A DNA stretch of 64,000 nt from an uncultured Eggerthellaceae bacterium (GTDB taxonomy: Bacteria; Actinomycetota; Coriobacteriia; Coriobacteriales; Eggerthellaceae), in NCBI GenBank assembly GCA_937902685.1, contig CALELU010000100.1:1412-65411 (forward strand). Direction: 5' to 3'. The notes beneath the pieces were generated by a model. The model saw only the letters and a list, made by a program, of their open reading frames with translations, was not told the DNA's origin and made no database searches. Below, piece after piece: positions 10,614-20,104 of the stretch. Position numbers and translations under genes: made by a program. The first letter of the stretch is position 1, and each line of letters starts with the position of its first letter.

Positions 10614-10807
10614 AACAGCCCGCATTGCTTTACACGCGCTTATCACGCCGTGCGCGCCTTTACAAACGGTCCGCATGCCTGTTGCGATACAATAAAAACG
10701 TTGCGCACAGCTGATGTGCCTGCCGCGGCGGGAATGAGGGACCGCCGGCTTGTTGCGGCACACCGGCCACAAAGCATCAAGCGAAAACGCATAAAGGGGA
10801 TATCGAT

Positions 10808-11023
10808 ATGAAACTTTCCGCCCGGAACTCGCTTCAAGGCACCGTTATAGCCATTCAGCCCGGCGCCGTGAACGCTATTGTGAAGATAGAGCTGCCCGAT
10901 GGACAACTGGTCACCTCGTCCATTTCCATGGAAGCGCTGCATGACCTGGACTTACGCGTAGGGCAAAAAGCCTACGCCGTCATCAAAGCCTCCGACATCC
11001 TCGTTGGCGTAGACGAGAACTAG
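10808..11023 (+). CDS. Mop/TOBE molybdate-binding protein
   Basis: MKLSARNSLQG...SSIS...L.VG..AYAVIKASDI Mop signature. Confidence 0.9.
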   Translation: MKLSARNSLQGTVIAIQPGAVNAIVKIELPDGQLVTSSISMEALHDLDLRVGQKAYAVIKASDILVGVDEN

Positions 11024-11064
11024 GAAAGCGCGCCAAAGCTTGCAAAAGGCTTTGGCGCGCTTTC
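11024..11064. terminator. Hairpin terminator after the mop gene
   Basis: 16-bp perfect stem GAAAGCGCGCCAAAGC / GCTTTGGCGCGCTTTC. Confidence 0.75.
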
Positions 11065-11092
11065 TGACTGCCTGCTATGTGGTTAGCGTTTG

Positions 11093-11182
11093 CGTGAACA
11101 CGGGGACGGAGGTGGTGTTCACAATGACCGTTCGGGAATGCGAAGGGCGACCGTGAACACCACCTCCGTCCCCGTGTTCACG
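11093..11182. repeat. REP/REPIN-like inverted doublet
   Basis: CGTGAACACGGGGACGGAGGTGGTGTTCAC and its exact 30-bp reverse complement, separated by 30 nt. Confidence 0.8.
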
Positions 11183-11229
11183 ACATCTCCCCGCGAGTCG
11201 CATCTCTGTTAACGGTGGCTCTTTGCAGG

Positions 11230-11997
11230 CTAACCCCTGGTAAGCGGCGCTACTGCGCGCAGCACCGCATCTTTGGCCGCTGTGGCCGTTGCGCCGTCTT
11301 CCATGGTGAAAATAAGCGAACCGGCGAAGCCTGCGTCAATGGCCTCGGAAAACCACATGCGCGGCGGGTTTTCAACCACGCCCACGCGTTGCGCCGCCCC
11401 AAGCGCCGCCTGCTCTATGCGCGCGGCACGCTCATCAAGGCCCTCGCCCGTTCCTTCCACCACCAGCGCCAACGTAACCTTACCCGTAGGCGGCAAATGC
11501 GTCAGCGACGTTTTGTTGATGATGGAATTTGGGATGACCACCGTTTCGCCTTTGCTGTTCGTGATGGTGGTATGACGCCAGTTCACGTCTTTCACCACGC
11601 CAACAGCCCCACCAACGGAAATGTTGTCGCCGGGCGCAACAATACCCAGCAAGCTTACCTGCACGCCGCCGATAAGGTTTGAAATGGTGTCTTGAAAGCC
11701 CAGCGAGATGGCAATACCGCCAATGCCCAGCGCCGTGATGGCTGCCGAAACGTCGATGCCGAAACAGGTGGAAAGCGTTACCGAACCGCCAACGATCCAC
11801 ACAACCGCACGGCCGATGTTGATGAAGATGGACGACGAGGGAAGCTCTTCGGAGTAATTCAGCACCTTGCGCAAAAACTTCGTAAGCAAATGTCCCACAA
11901 ACGCGGTAAGGCCCAAAATGATAACCGCCGTGATGGCTTTTCCAAGCCAGGCATTGCCGCCCACAAAGCCGATGATGCTGTATTCCAAATCTTCCAT
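11230..11997 (-). CDS. MscS family mechanosensitive channel
   Basis: ALGIGGIAISLGFQDTISNLIGG, GDNI, G.V..VNWRHT and IPNS; start MEDLEYS after GAAAGG. Confidence 0.88.
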   Translation of the reverse strand: MEDLEYSIIGFVGGNAWLGKAITAVIILGLTAFVGHLLTKFLRKVLNYSEELPSSSIFINIGRAVVWIVGGSVTLSTCFGIDVSAAITALGIGGIAISLGFQDTISNLIGGVQVSLLGIVAPGDNISVGGAVGVVKDVNWRHTTITNSKGETVVIPNSIINKTSLTHLPPTGKVTLALVVEGTGEGLDERAARIEQAALGAAQRVGVVENPPRMWFSEAIDAGFAGSLIFTMEDGATATAAKDAVLRAVAPLTRG

Positions 11998-12066
11998 GCA
12001 GTACCTTTCTGTAGCGCCGCGCCGCGCAAACCGAAGGCCGCGCCTTGCAGCGCGGCCTTTCACCTG

Positions 12067-12336
12067 CTATTCAACCGTTCCGTACACCTGACCCCACGCG
12101 TGCCCGCCTATAGCGGAATTGAGCTGATCGCACAAGCGCTGCCGCGTGAACGTGCTAGGCGGCAGAAGCCTGATAATCTCGTTCAAGTCTTCAGGCAAAT
12201 CGAACGACTCCGCCGCCACTACCACGTCAAGGCGCCGCACGAACTTGCGCCCGTCAACGAACACGTAGTCGATCACGCGTTGCAGCTGCCCATAATGCTC
12301 GCTGCGCTTCGTGTTTGCCTGCAAGGTTTGGGCCAT
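12067..12336 (-). CDS. Hypothetical 89-aa protein
   Basis: Compact ORF starting 3 nt after the upstream stop, with globular composition. Confidence 0.6.
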   Translation of the reverse strand: MAQTLQANTKRSEHYGQLQRVIDYVFVDGRKFVRRLDVVVAAESFDLPEDLNEIIRLLPPSTFTRQRLCDQLNSAIGGHAWGQVYGTVE

Positions 12337-12339
12337 GGC

Positions 12340-13239
12340 CTACAGCTCCACGTCGGGACGATACGCATCGGTGCCCTCAACCGCAGCGGCCAGCGCACCG
12401 GCATAGGCAGGGGTTGCCGCACCGACGGCTCGCAAGAATTGAGCGCCCGCGGCACGCAGTTTCAACGCATCGTCAACAACCACATCGGGGCAATAGTAAG
12501 GATTTTCTTGCGTAGCTTGGCCTTGCTTAGGGTTGTGCTCCGCCACGTCAAGCTGCGCCAACACCGGCAACGGCGTTTTTGCCGCCTGCTTTGCCAATGC
12601 GCATGCAACATCAATGGGAGCCTTTGTGGAAAAGCCCGCCACACTGGCCTCGAATTCCGTCATAACCGCCAGCGCCTCTGCAAACGAGGAGCGTCCATCG
12701 GCAAGCGTTCCATCGGCAGAAACGTCGACGGACGCAAACACCGGCAAACCACTTACCTGGCGCACACCCATAAGCGCGCACTTAAGGTCAACAGAGTTGG
12801 CAAACCCGTTCAAGTAAAAGCCGTCAAGCTGCATCCCCTCGCATGCACGTGCCGCGCGCGCATATTGGTCGCGGTTCTCGTTTAGCGACGCCTTGCTGGA
12901 AGGGTCAAGCGGCAGGCCGCACGGCCCTAGTTCCACCAGCACATGCTGCGGACGCAGCTCGTTCGCAGCGTCAAGCGCCGCGTGCGCCAGCTCGGCCATG
13001 CGATCTTCCATGCCGTAATGTGCCAGGTGCGCCGGCGTCATGCCGGCGGTTTCGGTAACCAGGCATTGCGCGCCGGCCAACAAGTTCAGACGCAGCGCGT
13101 CTTTGGCGGCCTCAGGCTCCATGAGCGTTGCGTATTCGATATCGCCCGGTTCCGTGAAACCCTGGCGGGCAAGCACGGAAGCAACGGGGCTGGAAAGCAC
13201 AAGCATATCGCGGTGAAACCGCAGCTGAATATCAGGCAT
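12340..13239 (-). CDS. Homocysteine S-methyltransferase-like protein lacking the usual Zn cysteines
   Basis: LLAGAQCLVTET, ELGPCG, LPVFAS and GTLADG resemble the Hcy-binding barrel; start MPDIQLRF after GAAAGG. Confidence 0.7.
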   Translation of the reverse strand: MPDIQLRFHRDMLVLSSPVASVLARQGFTEPGDIEYATLMEPEAAKDALRLNLLAGAQCLVTETAGMTPAHLAHYGMEDRMAELAHAALDAANELRPQHVLVELGPCGLPLDPSSKASLNENRDQYARAARACEGMQLDGFYLNGFANSVDLKCALMGVRQVSGLPVFASVDVSADGTLADGRSSFAEALAVMTEFEASVAGFSTKAPIDVACALAKQAAKTPLPVLAQLDVAEHNPKQGQATQENPYYCPDVVVDDALKLRAAGAQFLRAVGAATPAYAGALAAAVEGTDAYRPDVEL

Positions 13240-13530
13240 GGGAATATCCTTTCGACGGTCTTCATCATACCAAAGAGCCCTGCGCACAAAGGCCACACGC
13301 CGCGCCCGCACACAAAAGACGAGCCGCCAAAATACGCTTATTCGTCCGTACGCACATGTTCCCAACGTTCGAAAACACGCGTATGAACTGCGGAAATGCC
13401 GCTTACCGACAGGTTTGGCAACGAACAGGTAACGTTGCGACCTGGGGCTTCACGAACCATTCACGGGCGAACCATCCCAAAGTCACCCATGCGACACGTT
13501 TGCTTCAAGACCCGCGGTTATACTAGGCCT

Positions 13531-13667
13531 TGCAAACGGGATATTCCCTTTCCACCGTTTGCCTGCTTCCCATAGCAGTTCGCGATGCCAACAGGGCATC
13601 GCTCCTCCCCTCCTCTTTAGGGCCGCAAGCATTCCCTTTCCCCTCGCTTGCGGCCCGCTCCTTTTTT
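13531..13667 (+). ncRNA. Candidate four-hairpin CU-loop small RNA, copy A
   Basis: TATACT at 13519-13524, four stems, CU-rich loops and linker, T6 tail; same architecture as 21176-21314. Confidence 0.7.
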
Positions 13668-13684
13668 CGAGCAAGAAAACACAC

Positions 13685-13718
13685 GAAGGCCCTTCTGCAT
13701 ACACGCAGAAGGGCCTTC
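13685..13718 (-). terminator. Hairpin terminator after the dms operon
   Basis: 14-bp stem GAAGGCCCTTCTGC / GCAGAAGGGCCTTC. Confidence 0.7.
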
Positions 13719-13739
13719 ACTGTAAATGCGGCTGGTAAC

Positions 13740-14411
13740 TTACCGCAACGTTTCCCGTAAGGACCGAAGCACTGCACTATCTCGGCGAACCGCACCGCTT
13801 GCGAAATCGCAAAGCAATGTATAGAAGCAGCTCCCATACGCCTCATGCATAGAACTTGCCAGCATAGGCAGCCAGACGCCCAGGTGGTTTTCCGCAAACT
13901 CCAGCGACTGGCTAATGCGACGTTGCAACAATTCCCACTCAGCCGCCTGTGCATCTGAGCACATCAGCAATGCAAGCTTTGCCATGAAATCACACTCGAT
14001 GCCGATAAAGTCGTCCGCAACGTGCGGATAGCTCGCCGGCAAGAATCCTGCCTCGCGATACGCCTCGCGCACCTGCAAAACGCCACAGCTAAAAAGCGCC
14101 TTACTACCGCTGCGTGCAACGCTTTCCCATGGAGCAACGGCAAGCTCTTCCGGGCCAACGAAGAATCGGACATACTCATCTCGCAGCTGCGGAAGAGCGT
14201 TTTCGCCCGAAGCAAACGAGGCCATGCCATCAAGCGCGGCAAGCATCTCGTCCGCAAAGCCATCGTCAAGCAATGCGACCTCTTGCTTGGCATGCTCGCT
14301 CAAAACAATGCCAAGAAACGCCTGCTCAGGCTCTTCCGCAAAGCCGCGCGCAACAAGGTTCCACAAAAAGCTGCGGTTTGACAGCACCAAGCTCATCGTT
14401 TCCGTATCCAC
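13740..14411 (-). CDS. TorD/DmsD family molybdoenzyme chaperone
   Basis: EYVRFFVGP, APWES, ADDFIGIECDFM and F.ENHLGVWLP; GTG start after GAAAGG. Confidence 0.88.
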   Translation of the reverse strand: MDTETMSLVLSNRSFLWNLVARGFAEEPEQAFLGIVLSEHAKQEVALLDDGFADEMLAALDGMASFASGENALPQLRDEYVRFFVGPEELAVAPWESVARSGSKALFSCGVLQVREAYREAGFLPASYPHVADDFIGIECDFMAKLALLMCSDAQAAEWELLQRRISQSLEFAENHLGVWLPMLASSMHEAYGSCFYTLLCDFASGAVRRDSAVLRSLRETLR

Positions 14412-14493
14412 GTCGGCCCACCTTTCATTGATGCCCCACGCATACGCACATGGGGCCGTTTTCCTGCAAAAAAACGCTCGAGAACACTCAGCG

Positions 14494-15069
14494 CTATAAC
14501 TCCAAAAGCTCGTAGTCGGGATTGAACGCACATCCGTTTGCGTCCATGAGCACGTTCGGGGTGGTAATGGACGCTTCGGGCATACACGCCAGCTCGCTTA
14601 CCGCGTTCGGATGCTTTGCAGCCAGCTCATCGTACGGGCCGAAGTCCAACGCACGCATGCCGCAGGCGGCTACGCACGTTGGCGCGCCGTCCTCATCGCG
14701 CGTTGCGGCGCACGCGTCGCATTTCCTTACGATACCCAAATCGGGAATGAGCACCGGAGCCTCATAGGGGCAAGCGATAATGCACGACTTGCAGCCGATG
14801 CACACGTCATCGTTGTGCTGAACGGTGCCGTCGTCCGCTTTGTACATAGCACCGGTCGGGCACGTGCGCACGCACGCGGGGTTTTCGCAATGGTTGCAAC
14901 CATGGGAAACGTGGTACATCCTTGCAGCGGGGTACTCGCCCACCTCGAAGCTATTCACGCGACGAAATGTAACCCCAGAAGGCAGACCGTTTTTCACCTT
15001 GCAGGCAACTTGGCACGTCTTGCACGCCACACAACGCGTGCTGTCGAAATAAAATGCGTATCTCATCAT
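14494..15069 (-). CDS. DmsB-like 4Fe-4S electron-transfer subunit
   Basis: CVACKTCQVAC, CNHCENPACVRTCP, CIGCKSCIIACP and KCDAC. Confidence 0.92.
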   Translation of the reverse strand: MMRYAFYFDSTRCVACKTCQVACKVKNGLPSGVTFRRVNSFEVGEYPAARMYHVSHGCNHCENPACVRTCPTGAMYKADDGTVQHNDDVCIGCKSCIIACPYEAPVLIPDLGIVRKCDACAATRDEDGAPTCVAACGMRALDFGPYDELAAKHPNAVSELACMPEASITTPNVLMDANGCAFNPDYELLEL

Positions 15070-15079
15070 AATCGTCCCC

Positions 15080-17704
15080 TTACTCGTTGCGCTCGATGGT
15101 CAGCTGAGTTGCCGAATCGGGCTCAGGCGCCTCGCCCGTCCATTTCTCCACTTGCACCGGCGTGTTGTTGTACCCCGACACGCCCATGCCACGCGGAGAG
15201 CCGCCGTACAGCACGTTCGGGCAGCCGCCGCGATCGATGCCGTCGGAGCCGAAACGCGGCCAAGTGCCGTTTGGAACGTCAATGGCTCCAGGGATGATCA
15301 GCGAGCTTACGCTTACCGGACGAACCACCTTGCCATACGGGCTGCTCACAAGCACCACATCGCCGGGTTTGATGCCACGCGCTTGCGCATCGGCGCGGCT
15401 GATGGTGACGGGAGCCCCAAACGTTTCCCTTAACGTAGCTACGTTGTCGAAATCCGAGCATGCGCTGCGCGGGTAATGGGAGTTAACCATCAGCAGTGGC
15501 CACTCGGAATCCGAAGGCTGCTCGTGATACGTCGGGTACGGCTTATACTGCTCACCTGCAAACGCCAGCTCATTGAAGGTGTCAGCCTTAGCCTGGCAGT
15601 ACAGCTCGAACTTGCCGCTTTTGCTGTCCAGGGGATTAGCTTGCGGGTCGTCGATGAAATCCTTGTACGCGATGTGTGTGTAGCCGTCGCCAAAGGAACG
15701 CTCAACCTGGTAAATGCCCTTCTTGCGAAGTTCCTCAAGGCCGATAAGGCCCTGCTGCGGCTTACCCTCTACGTCCCAATTCTTGATATCTTGTTCGGTG
15801 ATGGTCACCAGCGGCGTTTCGCTCTCGTCGGGATCGAGGACGGTTGTAGCAGCCAGCTTGTTGAAGTATGCCTGCTTTTCCGTAAATGGGAACACGTCTT
15901 TGGGGTTGTAGCCCAAGCGCTCAAGCAACTGCTCACACACCCATTGGTCGCTTTTCACATCGTAGGGCGTTTCGCGCACCTGCGAGTACACCAGCACCAT
16001 CTCTCGATCGCGATCGCCATTTTTCACAATCTCGTCGCGCTCAACGTCCGATGTCACCGGCAAGATAACGTCAGCATACGGTGTGGAAGCCGTAACAGCG
16101 AAGTGTTGCATGACCACAAAATCAACCTTACGCAACGCATCGACCATCTTGACACTATTTGGAAGAGAACGAGCCGAACCGTCACGTCCGCCGTAAATGA
16201 AGCGCACATCGCACGTGCGATCCTTCGGCTTGGTGAAACTTCCATCCCAGCAGTAGCCAGCGCTTTGGTACGAACCATCCAAAACGGCATCCCAAGCCTG
16301 AAGGCCATTGACGAGATCGTCTTCTTCGATTGCCTCGAACTTATTAGTATCGTACAAGGGCTTGAGCTTCGGTAATTTGACGTTTGCCGTGCCATCTTTG
16401 CCGGTTGAGACAATCTGCACGCCACCAGGCCCTTGGCGGTCAACGTAGTAGTTGCCGCACGCATTGCCCGGTTTGCCGAAATGCCCGCCCATGCAGGCGA
16501 TGGCCATATACGCCTGAGGTAAATCCTCTGCCCCGTTGCAACGAGCGGCAGCATAGCCATGGGACAAGATGACGTTTGCCTGCCTGCCTACCGTTTCCGC
16601 CAGCCAAACAATCTCATCCTCCGGCGTGCCACATAGCTTCGAAGCCCATGCAGCGTTCTTGACCACGCCGTCGTACTCGCCCTTAAGGTACCCTTTATAA
16701 TTTTCAGACGTCGCAGCACCCTCGGGCATGGATTCGGCATCAAAGCCCACGCAATACTTGTGAAGGAAATCCCAGTCGATGATGTTGCCGCGCTCTTCGT
16801 CTAACCGCAGCATCTCACCCGCCACGCCAATGAGCAGCGCCGTGTCGCCGCCCGGGTTCACGGGAATCCAATGAGCGTCAAGCATACTTGCGGTAACGTT
16901 GTACGTTGGGCTGATGCACACAAATTGAGCGCCACGGTCGCGTGCCGCGCGGAAGAAAAACGACGGGTTGCCGTTTGCGCCCCAGCCGGGGTTCTGACCA
17001 AGCATCACCACAACATCGGCGTTTTCGATAACGTCAAGACGGTCGTTTACTTTGCACTCGCCGCCCCAGGAAAGGCCAAGAGCATCGGTGTTGCCTGTGT
17101 ACGTACCGTAAGAAATGGTATCGCTTGTGGTCAGGTAGCCGCCGCACGCATCAAGCAACGCGCCGCACGCAGCGCGGCAACCCGACATGTTCATGGGCAG
17201 AAACACCGATTTCGGGCCATGCTCGCTATACGCTTTCTTCAGCTGACCAGCCACGATGTCAAGCGCCTCGTCCCAGCTGATGCGCTCGTAGTCCTCTTTG
17301 CCGCGCAGCTCTCCGTGCGGGTCCTCCTCTGTCCAGCTGATGCGCTTCATGGGGTATTTCAAACGATCGGTGCCCATTTCGAATTCCATGAGCGTGCGGC
17401 CGCGCAAGCACCCGCGTTGTTGCGGAAATTCAACCGAGTCAGGATGCGTATCATCGGTTTTCTGACGAATGACCACACCGTCTTTCACCAGCACCTGGTT
17501 CATGCAGCGCGTGCCGCAGCCATGCAGGCATGCGACGGTTTTCCACTCCGCGCCCTCGGGTGCCGCTAGGGCACCGTCAGCAGGTGCCACACGGCCGTCG
17601 CACCCGAACAGAGCAGATGATGCGCCAAGCGTTGCCGCACATGCAGCGCTTGCCTTCAAAAACGAACGTCGATCGATGTTCGCATCGTTCAATTTGATAT
17701 TCAT
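15080..17704 (-). CDS. DMSO-reductase-family molybdopterin oxidoreductase catalytic subunit (DmsA-like, Tat-exported)
   Basis: DRRSFLK Tat motif, LFGC, CLHGCGTRC...GCLRG, RLKYPMKR, ISWDEALD, ADVILP and SGKFELY. Confidence 0.92.
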   Translation of the reverse strand: MNIKLNDANIDRRSFLKASAACAATLGASSALFGCDGRVAPADGALAAPEGAEWKTVACLHGCGTRCMNQVLVKDGVVIRQKTDDTHPDSVEFPQQRGCLRGRTLMEFEMGTDRLKYPMKRISWTEEDPHGELRGKEDYERISWDEALDIVAGQLKKAYSEHGPKSVFLPMNMSGCRAACGALLDACGGYLTTSDTISYGTYTGNTDALGLSWGGECKVNDRLDVIENADVVVMLGQNPGWGANGNPSFFFRAARDRGAQFVCISPTYNVTASMLDAHWIPVNPGGDTALLIGVAGEMLRLDEERGNIIDWDFLHKYCVGFDAESMPEGAATSENYKGYLKGEYDGVVKNAAWASKLCGTPEDEIVWLAETVGRQANVILSHGYAAARCNGAEDLPQAYMAIACMGGHFGKPGNACGNYYVDRQGPGGVQIVSTGKDGTANVKLPKLKPLYDTNKFEAIEEDDLVNGLQAWDAVLDGSYQSAGYCWDGSFTKPKDRTCDVRFIYGGRDGSARSLPNSVKMVDALRKVDFVVMQHFAVTASTPYADVILPVTSDVERDEIVKNGDRDREMVLVYSQVRETPYDVKSDQWVCEQLLERLGYNPKDVFPFTEKQAYFNKLAATTVLDPDESETPLVTITEQDIKNWDVEGKPQQGLIGLEELRKKGIYQVERSFGDGYTHIAYKDFIDDPQANPLDSKSGKFELYCQAKADTFNELAFAGEQYKPYPTYHEQPSDSEWPLLMVNSHYPRSACSDFDNVATLRETFGAPVTISRADAQARGIKPGDVVLVSSPYGKVVRPVSVSSLIIPGAIDVPNGTWPRFGSDGIDRGGCPNVLYGGSPRGMGVSGYNNTPVQVEKWTGEAPEPDSATQLTIERNE

Positions 17705-17724
17705 GCTATTCCTCCACCCCTCAG

Positions 17725-18458
17725 CTACATAGCACAGTAAAAGCCATAGCGAGCAACGGCAACAGCGACAAAGGCGATTGCGAACGTCACCCATGCGTAC
17801 TGCAGCGTATTCTTCTCCCGAACAGCAACAAGCACTGCGGCAACAACACCGGCGACGGCGCCAAACGCAAGCAGCATATCAGCCGCGCCATACCCCGCAA
17901 AGCAACGCACTCAACGGCAAACACCAGCGCCGCAAACGCAACAATCAAGCTGCACGTCACATGGCTGGCCGCGTTTTCGCAGCCCAATGCCCACACAAGC
18001 GCCGCCCCAGCAGCAAGGCCGCCAACCACGAACAGCAAAATGGTGGTGGGCTCATGCCAAGCTGCCACCGATTCGTACCCATAGTAGGTTGCGCCCATCG
18101 TTACAAGCAGCCCGAACGCGGCAAGCGCGCAAACGGCACGCAGCGCAGCTGGAGCCGAGCCCTTCTTCCACGTCAGAGCCGCAACCGCCAACAGCAACAT
18201 GCCAAAGGCAATGGACCAATACGCTTCCTGGGCAATGCCTGCGCTTGGATTTGCCAGGCCGTTTATGAACAGCGCCGGACGACCCAAATGGAACAGCACT
18301 CCCAGAAGACCAACGCCCAAAAGCGTCAGGCATACCACCGGGAACAACCAGGGACGTTTAGAGCCCTTGCCCGGCTCAAGCACTGCCCCGACAACATACG
18401 CGCCGGCGGAAAGCCCCGCTAGCGTTGTGAACACGAACAATGGAAATTCAGAAATCAT
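17725..18458 (-). pseudogene. DmsC-like membrane anchor with a frameshift near 17900
   Basis: N-terminal part (FPLFVFTTLAG, FHLGRP, NGLAN) continues in another frame as FAGYGAADM...ARYGFYCAM; adding one T to GCTTTG restores the ORF. Confidence 0.75.
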
Positions 18459-18616
18459 TGCAACACCTCGCAATCTGCTTTGGTGCCGAAGGAAGCGCCC
18501 AATCGCGCGATATGTTGCCCTCCCCCGGACAGACGTTATGCAAACCGGGCCTCGTCAAACCCGAAACGGCATGCGATGCGCCTTCGGCCGTAGGCCACCC
18601 CATCCGTCGTAGTGTC

Positions 18617-18645
18617 ATACTACTGTGGTACAGTAGCACAGTCAA
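18617..18645 (-). promoter_or_regulatory. dms operon promoter with a palindromic operator in the spacer
   Basis: TTGACT-N17-TAGTAT on the minus strand; CTGTGGTACAGTAGCACAG palindrome at 18623-18641. Confidence 0.7.
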
Positions 18646-18751
18646 TAGGTATTCCACTTATTTGCGAAATGGGGGATAATGCGCTTTGTGCAAGCGCCAA
18701 CGAATCCGCGCTGCCGCAAGTTAGAAGACTGCCGGATTATTCGGAGGATGT

Positions 18752-19624
18752 TTGTACGGACCGCTTGTCATAGCGTATTTGTTTCTTGGGGGCGCCGCCG
18801 CTGGCGGTATGTTCGTCATGAGCGCCTGGAGCCTTGCGTCCGCACGACCTGGTGGCATCGCCTGTGCCAGCCTGCGCCACGCCCAAGCGTTTAACTATTT
18901 GCGCGGCCGCGTCTATCCACTTTGCTTCCTTTTACTGGTGTTCGCCATCGTCATGCTGTTTTGGGACCTTGAACGCCCCGACCGCGTGTTGCTGGTATTC
19001 CTTCGCCCGCACCCCACGCCCATCACGTTTGGTGCCTTTAGCTTGTCAATCGAAGCGGCGCTTGCGGTGTTGCTTATTGCCTCGTCCTCCGGGCAATACC
19101 CGGCAAAGGGTTCAAGCCGGCGCTTCGTTGAAGCGCTCTGCTGCGTCTGCTCGCTTGCCGTCATGGCGTACACGGGCGCGTTTCTTGCCAGCACGAAAGC
19201 TGTTGCGTTTTGGGACACGTGGCTGCTTATGCCCTTGTTTGTGTGCTCGTCGCTTTCCTCGGGCCTTTCCATCATGCTGCTGGTTGATTATCTTATCCCC
19301 GATCAATCGCTGTTGCTGCGCGGCGCGAAGCCTTTGCAGCTGTTCCACCTTGCCGTGCTAGCAGCCGAGCTTATTTTCCTTGCGTTGTTCGTCCACGCCG
19401 CGTTTTCCAATCCTGCTGCAGCGGCGTCTTGCAAAACGCTTCTTTCTGCCGATGTTTTCCCACTTGCCTGCATCGGCGTGCTTGGCTTCGGCGTTTTCAT
19501 CCCCGCTGCGCTTGAAACATACTCACTCCTTTTCAGGAGCAGCCGCGCCATTCCCGCCTCTGATGCCTTATGTCTATGCGGCAGCTTGCTTTTGCGCTAC
19601 TGCATTGTCATATGCGTAGCATGA
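18752..19624 (+). CDS. NrfD/PsrC family membrane protein
   Basis: YLFLGGAAAG, DLERPDR, YTGAFL and LFVCSSLSSG; multiple TMs; TTG start after GGAGG. Confidence 0.85.
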   Translation: MYGPLVIAYLFLGGAAAGGMFVMSAWSLASARPGGIACASLRHAQAFNYLRGRVYPLCFLLLVFAIVMLFWDLERPDRVLLVFLRPHPTPITFGAFSLSIEAALAVLLIASSSGQYPAKGSSRRFVEALCCVCSLAVMAYTGAFLASTKAVAFWDTWLLMPLFVCSSLSSGLSIMLLVDYLIPDQSLLLRGAKPLQLFHLAVLAAELIFLALFVHAAFSNPAAAASCKTLLSADVFPLACIGVLGFGVFIPAALETYSLLFRSSRAIPASDALCLCGSLLLRYCIVICVA

Positions 19625-19666
19625 CAACAACACGCATTGTCCGAATTCGATTGAAGCAAAGGGCCC

Positions 19667-20104
19667 ATGTCAAATCCAGATATCACCATATTTCGCGTTG
19701 ACGAATCGTCTGACCTACCCATTTGGGCACAGTTACGCAGCCGCATAGCCTACCTCATACGCACCGGCCACTTCAAAGCAGGCGAGCAGCTGCCAAGCGT
19801 GCGCTGCCTTGCCACCGAAGCGAAGATCAACTACAACACCGTGTCTAAAGCGTACCGCGACCTTGAGCTTGAGGGGCTCATTGTGTCCATACGCGGGCGC
19901 GGCATGTTCGTGCAGAAAAACATTGTTCCCGACAATTCCGAAGATGCGGCAATCGACGCCTTGCTGGAAAACTGCATCGGGCAGTATCGAGCACGCGGCA
20001 TGACATACGCCGATATCCGCCAGCGAGCGGAAAGCATCATTGACGAACTTGAAAGCAAGGCACGCACGGCCGAGGAGGAGAAGCAAGACTATGGCACGAA
20101 TTAG
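19667..20104 (+). CDS. GntR family regulator (YtrA-like, short C-domain)
   Basis: PIWAQL...GEQLPSVR.LA....INYNTVSKAY..LE.EG....RGRGMFV. Confidence 0.9.
   Translation: MSNPDITIFRVDESSDLPIWAQLRSRIAYLIRTGHFKAGEQLPSVRCLATEAKINYNTVSKAYRDLELEGLIVSIRGRGMFVQKNIVPDNSEDAAIDALLENCIGQYRARGMTYADIRQRAESIIDELESKARTAEEEKQDYGTN

Noticed and set aside
10670..10710. ModE box upstream of the mop gene
   Set aside because: It lacks the TATAT...TATAT core; TACAAT here is more simply a -10 element.
11093..11182. CRISPR mini-array (30-bp repeats, 30-nt spacer)
   Set aside because: The repeats are inverted rather than direct, there are only two units, and no cas genes are present.
13483..13954. Short ORFs overlapping sRNA copy A (and 21112-21397 over copy B)
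   Set aside because: The two loci show no protein similarity, whereas RNA structure and promoter spacing are shared.
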